64,000 bases of DNA from Squalus acanthias (taxonomy: Eukaryota). Within the stretch, counting starts at the first letter, position 1, and every line of letters begins with the position of its first letter. Location: the NCBI GenBank assembly GCA_030390025.1, contig CM059432.1, positions 53,694,001-53,758,000 of the forward strand. Reading direction: 5' to 3'. The notes beneath the pieces are model-generated. The model was not told the origin of the DNA. It worked only from the letters and a program-made list of their open reading frames with translations, and made no database searches. Shown one piece after another: positions 59,950 through 64,000 of this stretch. The position numbers and the translations under genes are program-made.

Positions 59950-61517
59950 ATTTATCGCCCATCCCTAGTTTCCCTTGAGAAGGTGGTGCTGAGACGCCTT
60001 CTTGAACCGCTGCAGTCCGTGTGGTGAAGGTACTCCCACAGTGCTGTCAGGTAGGGAGTTCCAGGATTTTGACCCAGCGACGATGAAGGATCGGCGATAT
60101 ACTTCTAAGTCAGGATGGTGTGTGACTTGGAGGGGAACTTGGATGCGGTGGTGTTCCCATGCGCCTGCTACCCTTGTCCTTCTAGGTGGAAGAGGTCGCG
60201 GGTTTGGGAGGTGCTGCCGAAGACGCCTTGGTGAGTTGCTGCAGTGCATCTTGTAGATGGTACACACTGCAGCCACGGGTATGCTGGTGGTGGAGGGAGT
60301 GAATGTTTAAGGTGGTGGATGGGGTGCCAATCAAACGAGCTGTTTATCATGGATGGTGTCGAGCTTCTTGTGTTGTTGGAGCTGCATTCATCCACACAAG
60401 TGGAGAGTATTCCATCACACTCCTTACTTGTGCCTTGTAGATGGTGGAAAGGCTTTGGTGAGTCAGGTGGTGAGACACTTGCCGCAGAATACCTAGCCTC
60501 TGACCTGCTCTTGTTGCCACAGTATTTATGTGGCTGATCCATGGTGACCCCCAGGATGTTGATGGTGGGGGATTCAGCGATGGTAATGCCGTTGAATGTC
60601 AAGGGTAGGTGGTTAGACTCTTGCTTGTTGGAGATAATCATTGCCTGGCACTTCTGTGGCGCGAATGTTACCTGCCACTTATCAACCCAAGCCTGAACGT
60701 CGTCCAGGTCTTGTTGCATGTGGGCATGGACTGCTTCATTATCTGAGGAGTTGTGAATGGCGCTGGACTCTGTGCAGCCATCAGCGAATATCCCGATTTC
60801 TGAGCTTATGTTGGAGGGAAGTTCATTGATGAAGCAGCTGAAGATGGTTGGACCTAGGACACTGCCTTGAGGAACTCCTGCAGCGATGTCCTGGGGCTGT
60901 GATGATTGACCTTCAATCACCATGACCATCTTCCTTTGTGCTAGGTATGACTCCAGCCAGTGGAGTGTTTTCCCCCTGATTCCCATTGACTTCAGTTTTA
61001 CTAGGGCTCCTTGATACCAGACTCGGTCAAATGCTGCCTTGATGTCAAGGGCAGTCACTCTCACTTCACCTCTGGAATTCAGCTCCTTTGTCCATGTTTG
61101 GACCAAGGCTGTAATGAGGTCAGGAGCTGAGTGGTCTTGGCGGAACCCAAACTGGGCATCAGTGAGCAGGTTATTGGTGAGTAAGTGCCACTTGATAGCA
61201 CTGTCGATGACACCTTCCATCACTTTGCTGATGATTGAGAGTAGACTGATGGGGCAGTAATTGGCCGGATTGGATTTGTCCTGCTTTTTGTGGACAGGAC
61301 ATACCTGGGCAGTTTTCCACATTGTCAGATAGATGCCGGTGTTGTAGCTGTACTGGAACAGCTTGGCTAGAGATGCGGCTAATTCTGGAGCACAAGTCTT
61401 CAGCACGATAGCCGGGATGTTGTCGGGGCCCATTGCCTTTGCTGTATCCAGTGTGCTCAGCCGTTTCTTGATATCACATGGAGTGAATCAAATTGGCTGA
61501 AGACTGGCTTCTGTGAT
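59950..61517 (-). mobile_element. Second-family LINE, 5'-truncated RT
   Basis: ORF 60168-61433, homologous to about 31675-33260. Confidence 0.9.
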
Positions 61518-62889
61518 ACTAGATCCTATACCTGGGTTAGTTTCTTCTGCATGTTGTCCACCTCCAGTCCCCTCTGAGCTCTTGGGCTGATCTCTTCTCC
61601 TGCACGGAGATAGGAGACAATTCATTTCGGTCAATGCAATGGTAATATTATGAAATCTTGCCCGTTGTTCAGTTTACTAAAGCAGTTCTGAGTTTCCATT
61701 TATATTTCCTCCTTCTCCTGTGCAATTCTGCTGATTGACCTTTAACATCCTTGATTTTCCGTAATGAACAATTTTTACCCCCACTAATTTCTGTGAACAG
61801 ATTTTAGGATGGGAGCACAACTCCATGTATCCATACAAAATGACAAAAATCTTCATCCTACCAGGCTTACTCTCGGTCTGCATCTACTATTACATTAAAA
61901 TTCATGTACAAATTCATGTACAAAGACAAATATGTGCCTCTGTTGTTACAGTTAGTGGTGATTCATTACTTTCTTATAATACACTTCCTGCAACTAAGCT
62001 TATTAGCAGATCACATATCTTAAAATTTAATACATTGATCCTGTTCATCTTCAGGGATTGTACTGCAACAGCATCTAATTTGATTTAAAAAAAAATCTTT
62101 ATGGTGAGCACACAAGTATGTTTTCTACATCAGCAATGATATTCCATAACTAACATAACAAGCAAGTTCACAATGCTAAATATCATTTATTTATTTATAG
62201 AGACTATTCATTTCTGACTTCTTTGCAAGCTAAAACTGATTTTTTAATGTTTGAAAAAAATACCAACAACATGTTCAAAAGATTAAGCCACCCTCACAGG
62301 GATGATTACCAGACCCAGAATGGTTTTGAACTGAGCCAATTTTGGATCTTTTGCAGAATGTGAATTTGGCTCAATCTGCACTTATTTCCATCTGGGTGTG
62401 TCCAGTCCCGGGGAAAGAGAATGGGGCTGAAAATTTGCCCGGCTTTGGTGAGATAGGACTTTAACACTGGTGCAGCATGATTGAGGGTTGAATTATTGGG
62501 TGAAAGCCATTTCTGCCAATGTTACACCCATTTTTCCTTTTGCTAAAAAATTCTGACTTGGGTGGGAGGTGAAAATTCCTCCGCACAAGTTCTGCCCTGA
62601 TTATACAGAATTGAAATTGTCGTCATTTATTAGGAAGTAAATGTGGCAGAACCAAGTTGTGAGCAGACCTGTTGAGTGGAAGTGATCCATGTAAAGGTGT
62701 TAACCGCCTGGAAAACATGTGCCCATTTCAGGATTTTTCTTTTGATCTGGACAGCTGTTGACGTGCACTTCAAACTGCCGAAATAAGAGACTCTTTGGTC
62801 ACGAGCACATTTTCAACCCCGACCCACAGTAAATGATACTATTGAGCAGCATTGGTTTCTCAGTGAGATTCCCTTTTTTGCTATTTTAA

Positions 62890-63355
62890 TGGCAGAGGAG
62901 AAGGAGGAGTAGGACAGAAGAGAGCTAAGGAGACCGAGGCAGCATCAAAGGAGCATGGGGCCAACTGCCAGACACAAACACTATAGGGCCTTCAGATCTA
63001 GGAGGGACTGAGTAAGGAGCTCTGCTGTTAAAACTTCACTTCACTAAGAAAGCTCTGGATGAGCAATGCCACCTTCTGCATGAAGGTCTGCAGTCTCGAT
63101 CAAGTAAGAGAACAGCTCCGTCCATGGCTATTTAAGTCAGCACTGCTCTGAACTTTTATGCAACTGGCACCTTACAAGTTGCAAATGGCAATTTTTGCAA
63201 CATCAGCCAGGGAGCCATTTGAGCCTCCATAATCCTGGTCAGGAAAGGTGGATAATTTTGGCATGACTCCCAGGCAGCAGCAAGACAAGGCCATTTAGTT
63301 CTATCATGCTGTTGGACTCCCCAGACTTCAGGGACCAATAGATGCCACCCACATT
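62890..63355 (+). pseudogene. Degenerate Harbinger transposase fragment
   Basis: LHFTKKALDEQCHLL...KRTAPSMAI*VSTALNFYATG...NISQ, similar to 14349-14825. Confidence 0.65.
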
Positions 63356-63359
63356 GCCG

Positions 63360-64000
63360 GTGTCAGGAGCGGCAGAGAGCGGCGGTACAGTGAGTGTTTA
63401 AACTCACTTTCGCGGGCTTTTTTTCAGAGGCTTACCAATCTCGCAGACCAGCAGTGGCGTTCCAGAGCCACGTCACGATTCAAAAAGTGACGCGGGCAAG
63501 AGGAAGCAGCTGATTGGGTGAGTACGGCCAGGTGAGTATTAATACTACTCTATAGTTTGACAGTTAAGGTTAATAGTTTATAAAGTTTAGAAGGTCTTAA
63601 TTTTGTGGTTATAGTTTCTAAGGTCTCTGTTGTGTAGCGGGGAGTGTTAGTAAACAAGGGCCCTTGAGTATATCATTTAATTGTAATGTAATTTGTGGTA
63701 TTGATATGATTTAATTTAAATTAATTAAAGGGTAAGTCATGACAGCACAACTCAGCCCCGTGGCATGCTCCTCCTGCACTATGTGGGAAATCAGGGACAC
63801 TTCCTGTATCCCTGATGACCATGTGTGCGGGGAGTGTATCCAGCTGCAGCTACTGGCAGACCGCATTGCGGCACTGGAGCTGCGAATAGATGCATACTGG
63901 AGCATTCGCGATGCTGAGGACGTCGTGGATAGCACGTTTAACGAGTTGGTCACACTGCAGGTAAAGGCTGCACAGGCAGGAAGGGAATGGGTGACCGCCA
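63360..64000 (+). mobile_element. 5' end of another CR1 (5' UTR, ORF1 from ATG 63739, runs off the window)
   Basis: MTAQLSPVACSSCTMWEIRDTS..VCGECIQLQLL, homologous to ORF1 at 40223. Confidence 0.85.

Overview
This is eukaryotic, almost entirely transposon-derived DNA. The repeat repertoire (CR1 LINEs, V-SINE/HE1-like and Deu-domain SINEs, Penelope, PIF/Harbinger) points to a vertebrate, probably a cartilaginous fish (inference). No host gene is recognisable; there are only two weak candidate micro-exons. Main observations: (1) a retrovirus-like provirus on the minus strand (1-11.7 kb) with LTR, tRNA-Arg PBS, Gag, PR-RT, two RNase H domains, IN and a C-terminal Env remnant, resembling lokiretroviruses; (2) a separate foamy-virus-like endogenous fragment (about 46.1-49.1 kb) with a nearly complete integrase, a PPT and a probable long LTR; (3) a full-length CR1 with both ORFs open, whose ORF2 has no AUG before the endonuclease and is joined to ORF1 by an in-phase U_UUA_AAC -1 slippery site; (4) a 2.7-kb env/U3-CR1 chimera duplicated in inverted orientation about 40 kb away; (5) Penelope pseudo-LTRs carrying minimal hammerhead ribozymes. 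All family assignments come from motif recognition by eye, not database searches.
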